Source: an uncultured Chloroflexia bacterium (GTDB lineage Bacteria > Chloroflexota > Limnocylindria > QHBO01). From it: 64,000 nucleotides of DNA. The position numbers and the translations under genes are program-made. Below the pieces are notes generated by a model. The model saw only the letters and a program-made list of their open reading frames with translations, did not search any database and was not told where the DNA came from. The stretch spans positions 64,001 to 128,000 of the forward strand of contig CAWHAZ010000004.1 of assembly GCA_963827475.1 (NCBI GenBank). The letters are read 5' to 3'. Numbering within the stretch: the first letter of the stretch is position 1; every line of letters begins with the position of its first letter. Positions 21,405 through 32,159 of this stretch are shown piece after piece.

Positions 21405-23034
21405 TTGACTGTGGATCAGACCCACGACGAGCAGGTTGCCCGCGACGACGCCCACCTGCGATCGCTCGGCATCAAGCCCCAGCTGAATCGAACGCTGGGG
21501 CTGTTCTCGAGCTTCGCGGTCGCGTTCAGCTACATCAGCGTCGCGACCGGCTCATTCACCCAGCAGGCGGTCGCCATCGGCGTCGGTGGACCACCGTTCA
21601 TCTGGGCCTGGGTGCTGGTCATCATCGGCCAGACGTTCGTGGCCCTGAACTTCGCCGAGCTGTCGAGCCACTTCCCGGTCGCCGGCTCGATCTACCAGTG
21701 GTCGAAGCGGCTGTCGAACAAGACCCTCGGCTGGTTCACCGGCTGGTTCTACTTCTGGGCAGGCGTCCTGACGGTCACCGCGGTGGCGGCCACCGTGCCG
21801 CTGGTCCTGTCTCCCCTGTTCGGCATCGACCTCGCGGCGGCGAGCCCCATTCCGTTCCTGAACACGTGGTCGTTCCTCGCCGTCATGGCGATGCTCGTGT
21901 CGACGATCATCAACGCCTTCGGCGTCCGGCTCCTGACCTTCCTGAACAACCTCGGCGTGGCGGCCGAGATCCTGGGCATGGTCGTCCTGGCCCTCGTCCT
22001 CCTGATCTTCGCCAACAACCAGCCCATCTCGGTCATCTTCGACACGTCGTACACCGCGGACCTGGCGGGCGGGAACTACGCCGCGGTCTTCCTGGTGGGC
22101 ATGTTCCTCGCCCTGTTCGTGGTCTACGGCTTCGACACGGCGGGCACATTCGGCGAGGAGACGGTGGATGCCGGCACGCCACGCACCGCGAGGGGTGCTG
22201 GCCGCCATCTGGCTGTCGGGCATCGCCGGGCTGATCTTCCTGCTGGCCATCATCCTGTCCTTCCGCGACATCGATGCCGCGGTGGCGGAGGGCCAGGCAT
22301 TCGGGTTCCCGTTCGCCACGACCATCCAGGAGAACCTGGACCAGGTCCTGTTCGGCGACGTGACCCTGGGCGACCTGTACCTCGTCGTCATCCTGATCGC
22401 GGTGTCGGTCTGCACCCTCGCCATCCAGGGAGCCACCACGCGCCTGATGTTCTCCATGGGGCGCGACGGTCGCCTGCCGCTCGGCGGAACGTGGGGCCAC
22501 GTCAACCAGACGTTCAAGACCCCGACCAACGCGGCCGTCGGCGTAGGCATCCTCTCGACCCTTCCGCTCCTCATCACCGGGGCGGCGGCGTCGTTCTACC
22601 TCGCCATCGCCGCCACCGGCACGATCTACATCAGCTACCTCCTCTGCAACTGGGGCGTGCTGCGGGCTCGCCGTCGTGGCTGGCCGCACCAGGGTGCCTG
22701 GTTCAAGCTCGGCAGCTGGGGGACGATCATCAACGTGCTGGCCCTGGTGTGGGGCACGGCGATGGTCATCAACATCGGCCTGTGGGAATGGGAGGGGTTC
22801 GGCGACTTCGGCAACGAGCTCCGAAGCATCTGGTCCAACCCGCCGATCAACACCTTCCTCCAATGGAACGGTGAGGTGCTGACCGACCTGCCGGCCATCC
22901 CGGTGTTCGAGTTCTTCGTCGGCTCGGTCATCGTCGTGGGCATGCTGTACTACCTGCTGAGCGGCCAGCGCGGCAAGGAGGACGTCGAGCAGCTGACGGC
23001 CGACGAGGCCACCGGCGAGACCATGATCGCGTAA
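21405..23034 (+). CDS. APC family amino acid/amine permease; indel near 22172
   Basis: LGIKPQLNR..FAVAFSYIS, ELSSHFPVAG and YGFDTAGTFGEET; the C-terminal TMs lie in another frame. Confidence 0.85.
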
Positions 23035-23055
23035 GGTCGATTCGCGCCCGCCCAG

Positions 23056-23097
23056 GCGAGCGGCTCGGCGCTTCGGCGTCCGGGCCGCTCGCGTTTC
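23056..23097 (+). terminator. Probable intrinsic terminator
   Basis: gcgagcggctcgg-cgcTTCGgcg-tccgggccgctcgc hairpin with UUCG loop, followed by a short T run just after the permease stop. Confidence 0.55.
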
Positions 23098-23115
23098 CCG
23101 GCACCATGAGGGCCC

Positions 23116-24095
23116 ATGTCGTTGACCGATCCCGCCACGCCCCAGGCGCCACCGGATGACGAGCCGCTCCACGGCGAGCTGTACGACCAGCTGACCGATG
23201 CCCTCCAGCGCGTGCCGGAGACGGCGGAGCGCGAGCTCACCCTGACCGCGCTGTCGGGCGGGATCACGAACCGCAACTTCCTGATCACGATCGCCGGCGA
23301 AGCCGATCGGTATGTCATCCGGCTGGCGGGCAACGACACCCACCTGCTCGGCATCAGCCGCGAGGTGGAGCACGCCGCGACCGTCGCCGCTGCCGGGGTG
23401 GGCGTTGGGCCGGAGGTGCTGGGCTTCATCCGGCCGGAGGGCTACCTCGTCACCCGGTTCATCATCGGTACCCCGGTGTCGCTCGAGGACGTGCACCGGC
23501 CGGAGACGCTGGAACGGGTGGCCGACTCCATCCGTCGCATCCACGGCGGACCGGCCATCCCCGGCCTGTTCGTCCCGCTCCGGGTGGCGGAGGCCTACCT
23601 CGCCCTCGCCGGGTCACGGGGCGTGCCGCGCCCCGCCGGCTGGGAGGCGGCCCACGCCTCGGCCACCGGATCGAGCGGGCCCTGCTCGACGCGCCGATCC
23701 CTCTCCACCCGTGCCACAACGACCTGCTGAACGCGAACTTCATCGACGACGGCGACCGGATCCGGATCGTGGACTGGGAGTACGCCGGCATGGGCGACCC
23801 GTTCTTCGACCTGGGCAACTTCAGCATCAACCACGAGCTCACGCCGGACGAGGACGCCGCCCTCCTTACCGCCTACGACCAGACCGATGCGCCCGATCCC
23901 GCCCGCCTGGCCCGGCTCACCCTCATGCGGGTGGTTTCCGACTTCCGCGAGGCGATGTGGGGAGTCCTCCAGCAGGGGATCAGCACCCTGGACGTCGACT
24001 TCGTGGCCTACGCCGACGAGCACTTCGACCGGCTGGCCCGCCACGCGGCCGAGCCCCGCTTCGAGGAGGCTCTCGCCGAGGTCGCCGGTGGCTGA
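23116..24095 (+). CDS. Choline/ethanolamine kinase family (APH-fold) phosphotransferase; indel near 23660
   Basis: LSGGITNRN, Brenner motif CHNDLLNAN and VDWEYAGMGDPFFDL. Confidence 0.85.
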
Positions 24096-26527
24096 CGGCA
24101 CGGTCGATGCCGCCCGGGTGGTCATCATCGGCGGGGGTGTCGGCGGGACGGCCGTCGCCTACCACCTCGCTCGCCTGGGCTGGACCGATGTCGTCCTCCT
24201 CGAGCGGTCGGAGCTGACGAGCGGGTCCACCTTCCACTCGGCGGGCCTGGTCGGCCAGCTGCGGGGCAGCCCGACCCTGACCCGGATGATGGTCGACAGC
24301 GTGGCGCTCTACCGCCGGCTGGCCGCGGAGACCGGCGTCGACCCGGGTTGGCGGGAGGTCGGCTCGCTCCGCCTCGCCTCCTCGCCGGAGCGGATGGAGG
24401 AGCTCCACCGCCAGGCCGGCTGGGCGAAGGCCTACGGGCTCGAGATGGAGCTCGTGTCGGCGGTGGAGGCCCGAGACCGGTTCCCGCTGATGTCGACCGA
24501 GGGCGTCCTCGGCGCCGCCTGGCTGCCGACCGACGGCTACCTCGATCCGTCGGGGCTCACGCAGGCCCTGGCCGCGGGCGCCGCGCCAGCGTGGCGCGAG
24601 CATCCGCGAGCGAACGCGGGTAAGCGCCATCGGCGTCAGGGACGGCCGGGTGACCGGGGTCGAGACCGATGCCGGACCGATCCGGGCCGAGGTCGTGGTG
24701 AACGCCGGCGGGATGTTCGCGCCGGAGATCGGGGCCCTGGCCGGGGTGACCGTGCCGGTCATCCCGTTCGCCCACCAGTACCTCGTCACCGAGCCGATCG
24801 AGGGCGTCACGCCTGACCTGCCCCAGCTGCGCGACCCGGACAACCTCGTCTACTTCCGACCGGAGGTCGCCGGGCTGGTGATGGGCGGCTACGAGCGCAC
24901 CCCGGCGGCATGGGGCCTCGACGGCATTCCGCCCGACTTCAACGGCAAGCTCCTGCCGGCCGACTGGCCGCGGTTCGAGGAGATCAGCCGCGGCGCCCAG
25001 CATCGGGTCCCGGCGATGACCGATGCCGGCGTTCGGCAGGTGATCAACGGCCCGGAGGGCTTCACGCCGGACAACGAGTTCATCCTCGGCGAGTCGGAGG
25101 TTCGCGGCTTCTTCATCGCCGCCGGGTTCTCGGCACACGGCATCGCCGGTGCCGGGGGCATGGGAGAGCAGCTCGCGCAGTGGATCGTCGACGGGGAGCC
25201 AGGGTACGACCTGTGGAAGATGGACATCCGTCGCTTCGGCTCGCCGTACCGCTCCCGTGACTACACCCTGGCCCGGGCCACGGAGAACTACGCGACCTAC
25301 TACGACATCCACTACCCGTACGAGGAGCGACAGTCCGGAAGGCCGCTGCGCGTCTCCCCCACCTACGACCGGCTCGCTGCCCTCGGGTGCGCGTTCGGCG
25401 AGAAGTCCGGATGGGAGCGGCCGAACTGGTTCGAGTCCAACGCGGCCGCCGGCGACGAGTCGCTGCGCCCGCGAGGCTGGGCCGGGAAGCACTGGTCGCC
25501 CGCGATCGGGGCCGAGGCGCTCGCCACCCGGCAGAGGGCCGCGCTGTTCGACGAGACGAGCTTCGCGAAGATCGAGATCAGCGGCCCCGGCGCGCTCGCC
25601 CTCCTGCAGCGGCTGTGCGCGAACGACATCGACCGCCCGGTGGGCCGGATCACCTACACCCAGATGCTCAACCGGCGAGGCGGGATCGAGTGCGACTTCA
25701 CCGTGACCCGCCTCGGGGAGGATCTGTTCTTCATCGTGACCGGGACCGCCTTCGGCGGGCACGACATCGGCTGGATCCGCTCGCACGCACCCGACGATGG
25801 ATCGGTCCAGGTGGCCGAGGTCACCGCCGAGCGGGCGTGCCTCGGGCTGTGGGGGCCGAGCGCCCGCGACATCCTCGGATCGGTGACCGATGCCGACCTG
25901 TCGAACGACGCGTTCCCCTACCTGACCGCCCAGGCGATCACGGTCGGCGGCGTGGCGGCACTGGCGTTGCGGGTCACGTACGTCGGGGAGCTGGGGTGGG
26001 AGCTGTACTGCGCCATGGACGACGCCCTCGCCCTGTGGGACGCCCTGTGGGCGGCGGGACAGCCGCACGGGATGGTGGCCGGGGGATATCGGGCCATCGA
26101 CAGCCTCCGCCTGGAGAAGGGCTACCGGGTCTGGTCCTCCGACATCACTCCCGATGACACCCCGTACCAGGCCGGAGTCGGCTTCGCCGTGCGGCTGGAC
26201 AAGGAGCCGGCGTTCATCGGTCAGGAGGCGCTGAAGGCCGTCCAACGGGGGGAGGTCGACCGGCGGCTGAGCTGCCTCGTCCTCGACGACCCGCTGGCGG
26301 TCGCGGTCGGCAACGAACCGATCCGCGCCGGCGACGAGGTGGTGGGCCGGGTGACGAGCGGGGGCTACGGATTCTCGGTCGAGGCCAGCATCGCCTACGG
26401 CTACCTGCCCGTGGCGGCGGCCGAGGTCGGAGCGCGCGTCGAGGTCGAGCTCTTCGGGGACTGGCAGGGCGCGACAGTCAGCGCGGAGCCGCTGTACGAC
26501 CCGTCCGGGTCGCGGATCAAGGCGTAG
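24088..26527 (+). CDS. Sarcosine/dimethylglycine dehydrogenase-like FAD oxidoreductase with GcvT folate domain; indel near 24583
   Basis: IGGGVGG, SGSTFHSAG, NGPEGFTPD, GWERPNWF, TYVGELGWEL and LRLEKGY. Confidence 0.88.
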
Positions 26528-26533
26528 CCCGGA

Positions 26534-27274
26534 TCAGGTCGTCGCCGCGAACTCGCGGGCGGCATCGAGGAACGAGGCCCACAGCCGCTCGAACTCCGGG
26601 GACGTGAACTCGGTCCGCTCCGGGTGGCTCTGGACGGCCACCAGCCAGCGGGCCGGATCGGTGTCCTCGAACGCCTCGACCAGGTCGCCGTCGGGGTGCT
26701 CGCTGTATCCGCTGATCCGCAGCCCAGTCCCGACCTGCTCGGGCCGGATGGCCTGATGGTGGTAGGTGTTCACGGTGGCCGCTCCCTCGCCGAGGACCGT
26801 GGCCAGGCGGGTGCCGGCTTCGATCTCCAGGTCGTGCGAACTGGCCTCCGGCGCTGGGTAGGCAGGGCTGGTGTGGCCTTCGATGTCCTGGACCAGGGAG
26901 CCGCCCCGGAAGACGTTCACCGCCTGCATGCCGCGGCAGACCCCGAACACCGGGACGCGGCGCTCCTCGGCGACCTGGAAGGCGGCCTGCTCCAGCGCAT
27001 CACGGCCGGGTTCGACCACGGTCGTGGGCAGCGCCTCCTCCCCGTAGAGCGCCGGATCGAGGTCGGCGCCACCCGAGAGCAGGAGGCCGTCCATGGCGCC
27101 GAATGCGGCCGCGCGTTCCTCGGGCACGGAGTCCTCGTCGAGGACGATCACGTCGCCGCCATGGCGGTGAACCGCCTCGAAATAGCGGTCGTTCTTCCGC
27201 CACGCCACCTCCTCGTTGGCGGCGTGCTCCGGTGACTGCACCGTGACCACGATCCGAGGACGGCGAACCTGCAC
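26534..27274 (-). CDS. Gamma-glutamyl-gamma-aminobutyrate hydrolase family (peptidase C26, PuuD-like)
   Basis: LLLSGGADL, GVCRGMQ, VNTYHHQA and VQSHPE (class I GATase triad). Confidence 0.88.
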   Translation of the reverse strand: MQVRRPRIVVTVQSPEHAANEEVAWRKNDRYFEAVHRHGGDVIVLDEDSVPEERAAAFGAMDGLLLSGGADLDPALYGEEALPTTVVEPGRDALEQAAFQVAEERRVPVFGVCRGMQAVNVFRGGSLVQDIEGHTSPAYPAPEASSHDLEIEAGTRLATVLGEGAATVNTYHHQAIRPEQVGTGLRISGYSEHPDGDLVEAFEDTDPARWLVAVQSHPERTEFTSPEFERLWASFLDAAREFAATT

Positions 27275-27306
27275 ATCGAGATGTTACCGGGTACGCTGCG
27301 GGCTTC

Positions 27307-28240
27307 ATGGGTCGCCGAAGCCGCTCCCTGACGCTCGCCACGCTCGTGGTCGTGATGGTCGTGGGCGCGGCCTGCGGAGCGATCTCCGGCCCGGTTTGCC
27401 TTCTGTCGGATTACACCGCCGACATCCAGGAGGAGCTCGACGCGCTGACCGCGCTCGATCCGGCCCTCGTCGCCCAGTCTGGAACTGCCGAGAACGCGGC
27501 AGCCCTCGCGGCCGTCGAGTCGCTCGAGGCGACCGTGGCGGCCGCGCAGGAGGCGCTGGACGCGGCATCGGACGATGAGGTCGGCGGGGTCGTGCGCGCC
27601 GCATTCCAGGCGGTGCTCGATACCACCTCGACGGCGGCGGCGGACATGCGCACCGCGATCGAGTCCGGGGACGCGAACGAAGTCGCGGACGCGCAGGAAG
27701 GGGTCCAGCTGGCATCCGATGCCATCGGCGCCTTCCAGGGCACGGTCGACGGTCTGGGCATCGAGTGCCCGGGCGCCTCGCCACGCCCTCCGAGGGCCGC
27801 CGCCTGCGCCATCGGAGAGCCTGGCGCCATCGGTCGCGCCGACACCGGTCGTAACCCCGACTCCGGCTCCCACGCCGGTACCGCCCACCGCGACGCCCGA
27901 GCCAGTGGAGACGCCGGAGCCCGTGGAGACGCCTGAGCCCGAGGACACGCCGTCACCGACCGCGGCCCCCGCAACGCCCGTTCCGACGCCCACCGCGACG
28001 CCCACGCCGTCCCCCACCCCGAGCCCGTCGCCGAGCGCATCGGCGACCGCTTCGGAATCCGCCTCCGCCGAGCCCAGCCCGTCGGCGAGCGGCGAAGGGG
28101 ATGAGGGCTCGGGGCTGCTGCCGTGGATCCTCGTCCTCGGCCTGCTTGGCACCGGCGCCGCAGCGATCGTGCTGTGGTACACGAGCCGGAACGAGCCGCC
28201 GGCCGACACTCCGCCGACGGACGTCCCGCCCGCCGTCTAG
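27307..28240 (+). CDS. Putative lipoprotein with Pro/Thr/Ser-rich stalk and C-terminal TM; indel near 27795
   Basis: Signal ending VGAAC-G, acidic helical domain, PTP/EPVETP repeats and LPWILVLGLLG TM. Confidence 0.6.
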
Positions 28241-28897
28241 CGCTCGGCCGCCGCTCCCGGGTCTCGCCCGCCCGGCGGCTCCGGTCGCCACCGCCCGATC
28301 CCGGGCAGGAAGCGGCCAGTCCGTTCCGCGTACCGCCGGTAGGCCTCGCCGTGCACGCGGAGCAGGTACGGCTCCTCGACCAGGCGCACCTGGATCTGGT
28401 GAGCGGTGATGACGGCCGCCACCATGACCAGCGAGAAGGCGTTCGGCACCAGCAGCGCAATGCCCACGGCGGTCAGCTCGGTCCCGAGCAGGATCGGATT
28501 GCGCACGACCCGAAACGGGCCGCCGGTCACCAGCTCCGACCCGGCGCCTGGGTCGACATCCGCCGCGCCAGGACGTGCCCATGGCGGCCTGCGACACCAG
28601 GGTCAGACCGATGCCAACGACGTACAGCGCAAGGCCGGCGCCGACGGCAACCGGCTGGTCCAGGAATCCGATCGGCGGAAGGCCGGCCAGCGCGGCGATC
28701 GGGGCAGCCGCCCCACACAGGACACCGACCGTCGAGATCCAGCGGGCCCACCACTGGGCTGATCCGCGCGGATCCCGGTACCGGGAAACCACCGCGCCGC
28801 AGCGCCGGGCCCGCGAAATGGTGGGCACCAGCGAGACGAGCAGGATCCACACCACGAAAAGGACAAGGGCGAGGACAGCCACGGCGGACTCGCTCAT
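28237..28897 (-). CDS. Isoprenylcysteine carboxyl methyltransferase/PEMT family membrane protein; indel near 28563
   Basis: QAAMGTSWR, LVTGGPFRVVRNPI and EEPYLLRVHGEAYRRY..RFLP. Confidence 0.82.
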
Positions 28898-30546
28898 CCG
28901 CGCTCGGCGGCGACGCGATTGGCGGCAGTCTGGCTGTACGGGTTCCCGGTGACAGCGGACAGGAACGGCGCGCACTCGAGCCGGTACGCGCGGCAGTCCT
29001 CGGCCGCACTCACGGTCGCGTTGCGCGGCTGGCCACTGATGAGGGCCACCTCGCCGAACGACTGTCCGGCGCCCAGGTCGGCGAGGTGGGCACCGTCTCG
29101 GGTGACCTCGACGGTACCGTCGACGAGGACGTAGAAGGCATCACCCGGATCGCCCTGGCGGATGATCTCGCTGCCCCTGGGATACGCGACTTCCTGCAGT
29201 CCGCTCGCCAGACGCTCCATGACCGCGAGCGAGAGCGGCTCGAACATGGGCACGCCCTGGAGCAGGCGCAGCTGCTCACGGGGAACGATGAGCTGGTCGT
29301 CGAGCCGCCGCAGCCAGGGCCACAGGCCGATGGTGACGACGGGCAGGATGGCTCCGGCAATGATGAACGTCGTCTCGACACCGACTCGCTCGAGCAGAAA
29401 TGGGGCTGAGATCTCGCCTGCCGCGACGGTGAGCCCGATGGCGGCCTCGAGTACGCCCAGCACCCCGGCGCGGACGCGATCCGGGACCGTGCCCTGGAGC
29501 AGGGTGAACGCCGACGTGTCGACGAAGGAGTTGCTGAGCCCGCAGATGAGAAGGAGCACGATCGCCGCGAAGGGGTCCATGAAGATCCCGATCAGCAGGA
29601 TCGGCAATCCTCGCCCGATGAGGCCCAGCGCAAGGCTCGGGGCAAGCCGGGGACTCCCAACCAGCCCCAGGGCGAAGATGCCACCGATCAGGCTGCCAAT
29701 ACCGATCGCCGCGTTCAGGGTGCCGACGCCGGGCGAGCCCAGGCCCAGCGTCGCGATCGCGGCCTCCACCAGCAGGACGATCAGCATCCCGCGCACGAAG
29801 GTCCGCACCGAGAGCACCGCGATGAGCAGGCGCGGAGCGGGCAGGTGTCCGAGAGCCCGCAGTCCGTCCGCGGCAGCTCCGAGGACGGCGGCCGGATTCT
29901 TCCAGCTCCTCTCGGCGAGTGGCGCGACGGTCTGTGCGACGTCGATGCGCATGACGAACAGCGCAGCACCCGCCCTGGTGACGGCCACCACCACGGCGAC
30001 GGCCTCGGGCCCGGCGACCGCCAGGACCACTGCCGCCACCGCCGGCCCGAGAATCGCGCCGATGCCGTCGGAGGCGCCGCACACGACATTCGCGGCGATC
30101 AGCTCCCCGGGACGCCGGGCCAGGGCAGGGAGCAGGGCCATCTGCACCGGCCGCGCCGCCGCACCGACCGTGGCGGATACCCCAGCGAGGATGAAGACCG
30201 CCACCGCGTTGCCCTCGTCCTGCAGCGCGAACGCCAGCGCCGCAGCGGCGATGGCGCCGCCGGCGTAGATGGCCGCGAGGACTCGCTGTCGACGGAACCG
30301 GTCGCCCATGCCGGTGATGACCGGCACGGCGAAGACCGACGGCAGCATCTGGATGACGCCGATCAGCGCTACCGAGCCGGCCCCACCCACCTGGTACGCG
30401 AATACGTACAGGCTGACGTTCAGGGCCCATCGGCTGGAGAAGAAGGCGGTCCCGGTGAGGATGACGTTGCGGATGTGCGGGTTCGCGACCGCCTCACCGA
30501 ATGCAGCCCGCGACCGCGCGGCGTCAGCGCGGAGTCCCGCCGTCAT
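28894..30546 (-). CDS. MFS transporter with C-terminal cyclic nucleotide-binding domain
   Basis: About 12 TMs with GDRFRRQR loop; C-terminal IIRQGDPGDAFYV..FGEVAL..PRNATV. Confidence 0.85.
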   Translation of the reverse strand: MTAGLRADAARSRAAFGEAVANPHIRNVILTGTAFFSSRWALNVSLYVFAYQVGGAGSVALIGVIQMLPSVFAVPVITGMGDRFRRQRVLAAIYAGGAIAAAALAFALQDEGNAVAVFILAGVSATVGAAARPVQMALLPALARRPGELIAANVVCGASDGIGAILGPAVAAVVLAVAGPEAVAVVVAVTRAGAALFVMRIDVAQTVAPLAERSWKNPAAVLGAAADGLRALGHLPAPRLLIAVLSVRTFVRGMLIVLLVEAAIATLGLGSPGVGTLNAAIGIGSLIGGIFALGLVGSPRLAPSLALGLIGRGLPILLIGIFMDPFAAIVLLLICGLSNSFVDTSAFTLLQGTVPDRVRAGVLGVLEAAIGLTVAAGEISAPFLLERVGVETTFIIAGAILPVVTIGLWPWLRRLDDQLIVPREQLRLLQGVPMFEPLSLAVMERLASGLQEVAYPRGSEIIRQGDPGDAFYVLVDGTVEVTRDGAHLADLGAGQSFGEVALISGQPRNATVSAAEDCRAYRLECAPFLSAVTGNPYSQTAANRVAAERG

Positions 30547-30673
30547 CGGCCGGTATGAGGTGCGCCCGTGCCCGCCACCTGGCCCATGCCTCCCCGATCG
30601 TCCCTCAGCAGTGGTCGGAGCCTAGGGACTCACCGGCCAGTACGTCAACGATCGGATGGGAGCCAGAGGAGTG

Positions 30674-30748
30674 TGGAGCCGAAGGTGGGATTCGAACCCA
30701 CGACCGACGGTTTACGAAACCGTTGCTCTACCCCTGAGCTACTTCGGC
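30674..30748 (-). tRNA. tRNA-Thr(CGT)
   Basis: Reverse complement GCCGAAGTAGCTCAGGGGTAGAGCAACGGTTTCGTAAACCGTCGGTCGTGGGTTCGAATCCCACCTTCGGCTCCA folds as a cloverleaf with anticodon CGT and encoded CCA. Confidence 0.96.
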
Positions 30749-31563
30749 CCGGCGGGCGATTCTAGCGTCCCCGGCGGCGCCCAGCCGTGGAGCAGCTCGT
30801 CGTGGTACCGCGGCCCGCGGTCCAGGGAGCGGGGCACGGGCGCCATCCGGGCCTTTCCCTTCTGAACCAGGGCGAAGTACGGGCACAGGTCGGTCAGCGG
30901 GCAGAGGCCGCAGATCGGCCGCGGCGCGCGGCACACCTCACGACCGTGCCCGATGAACAGGACATGGGCGGCGTACATCGACTCGGGTGGCACGACCTCT
31001 TCGAGCAGATCGTGGGCGCGGGTCAGGTTGGTCTTCGGCGGCAGCAGCCCGAGGCGCGCGGCGACCCGGTAGACGTGGGTGTCGACCGGCAGCGCCGGTC
31101 GACCGAAGGCGAACAGCAGCACGATCGACGCGGTCTTGCGCCCGATGCCCGGCAGCGCCACCAGCCAGGCGAGGGCGTCCTCGAGCGGCCACTCCCCGAG
31201 AAACCCCAGGTCCCACGTCCCGTGCGTCGCGTCGTGGACCTCGGCCAGGACCTGCTGGATCCGCCGTGACTTGGTCGGCGCCAGGCCACCGGGGCGGATG
31301 ACATCGGCCAGCTCGTCGGTCGGTGCGGCCAGCACCGCGTCCCAGGTCGGGTAGGCGGCCCGCAGCGCAACGAACGCCCGGTGCGAGTTGATGTCGGCCG
31401 TGTTCTGGGCGAGGACGGTCAGCACCAGCTCGGCGACCGGGTCCAACCGAGGCCCGGACCAGGCGGGCAGGCCGTATCGGTCCGTCAGTCTCTCGAGGAT
31501 CGGACCGATGCGCGCGCGCCGCACGCGGCGCAGCGCGGCGAGCCGCCGACGGTTGACCTTCAC
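30739..31563 (-). CDS. nth: Endonuclease III-like HhH-GPD DNA glycosylase with 4Fe-4S motif
   Basis: LAQNT, LPGIGRKTA, PVDTHV and C-X6-C-X2-C-X5-C. Confidence 0.88.
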   Translation of the reverse strand: MKVNRRRLAALRRVRRARIGPILERLTDRYGLPAWSGPRLDPVAELVLTVLAQNTADINSHRAFVALRAAYPTWDAVLAAPTDELADVIRPGGLAPTKSRRIQQVLAEVHDATHGTWDLGFLGEWPLEDALAWLVALPGIGRKTASIVLLFAFGRPALPVDTHVYRVAARLGLLPPKTNLTRAHDLLEEVVPPESMYAAHVLFIGHGREVCRAPRPICGLCPLTDLCPYFALVQKGKARMAPVPRSLDRGPRYHDELLHGWAPPGTLESPAGPK

Positions 31564-32159
31564 GTCGCGCTGACGCGCGCGACCTCGCGCGCGTAGCCGG
31601 ACCAGGCTCCCGCTCCCAGGCGCGAGGCGGCGCCGAGGTCGATGATCCGCCCGCGACCCTCCTGCCGCTCCGACCACGTCTCCGCGTGCTCTGACGAGCA
31701 CAGCAGGACGGTCGGCGCACAGAAGTCCTCGCGCATCCGCGGTCCACCGGTGGCCAGCCACAGCCGCTCCGGTCGATCGGCCGTGGCCCCACCCGGCAGC
31801 GGGAGGGCGATGGCCCGGCCGCAGACCCCGCAGCGGGTCGAGATGGAAGCCGGCTCTCCGAGAGCGGCAGCGATCCCGATCGCGTCGTACGCGCACCACG
31901 TCCGGTAGTCCCGCCCGCGCAGGAGCATGCCGTGCGGCGCCGGCCCGAGCGTCAGCCCGCCTGCCCCGACCACGAAGCCGGACGGATCCCGATCGACCAG
32001 GCCGCTTGCCGCGAGCTCCTCCACGGCTTCGGCGATGCCACCGGGATCGGGGGCGCCGGTCGCCGCGGTCAGGGTTTCCAGCGCCACCGGTCGGCCGTCG
32101 CGCACAAGGAGCGCGAAGGCGGTGCGTCGGACGAGCTCGACCTGCTCAGCGCCAGCCAC
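31560..32159 (-). CDS. merB: Organomercurial lyase (MerB) homolog
   Basis: N-terminal HTH, GLTL.P.PH, TWCAYDA, TRCGVCG, REDFC and S.EHA..W, matching the MerB Cys/Asp/Cys pattern. Confidence 0.72.
   Translation of the reverse strand: MAGAEQVELVRRTAFALLVRDGRPVALETLTAATGAPDPGGIAEAVEELAASGLVDRDPSGFVVGAGGLTLGPAPHGMLLRGRDYRTWCAYDAIGIAAALGEPASISTRCGVCGRAIALPLPGGATADRPERLWLATGGPRMREDFCAPTVLLCSSEHAETWSERQEGRGRIIDLGAASRLGAGAWSGYAREVARVSAT

Noticed and set aside
27840-28090. Repetitive DNA resembling an array
   Set aside because: Explained by Pro/Thr/Glu codon repeats in a protein stalk; no repeat-spacer structure.
30560-30760. tRNA-Thr as an integration site for a genomic island
   Set aside because: No integrase, no duplicated tRNA 3' end noticed and no evident compositional shift.
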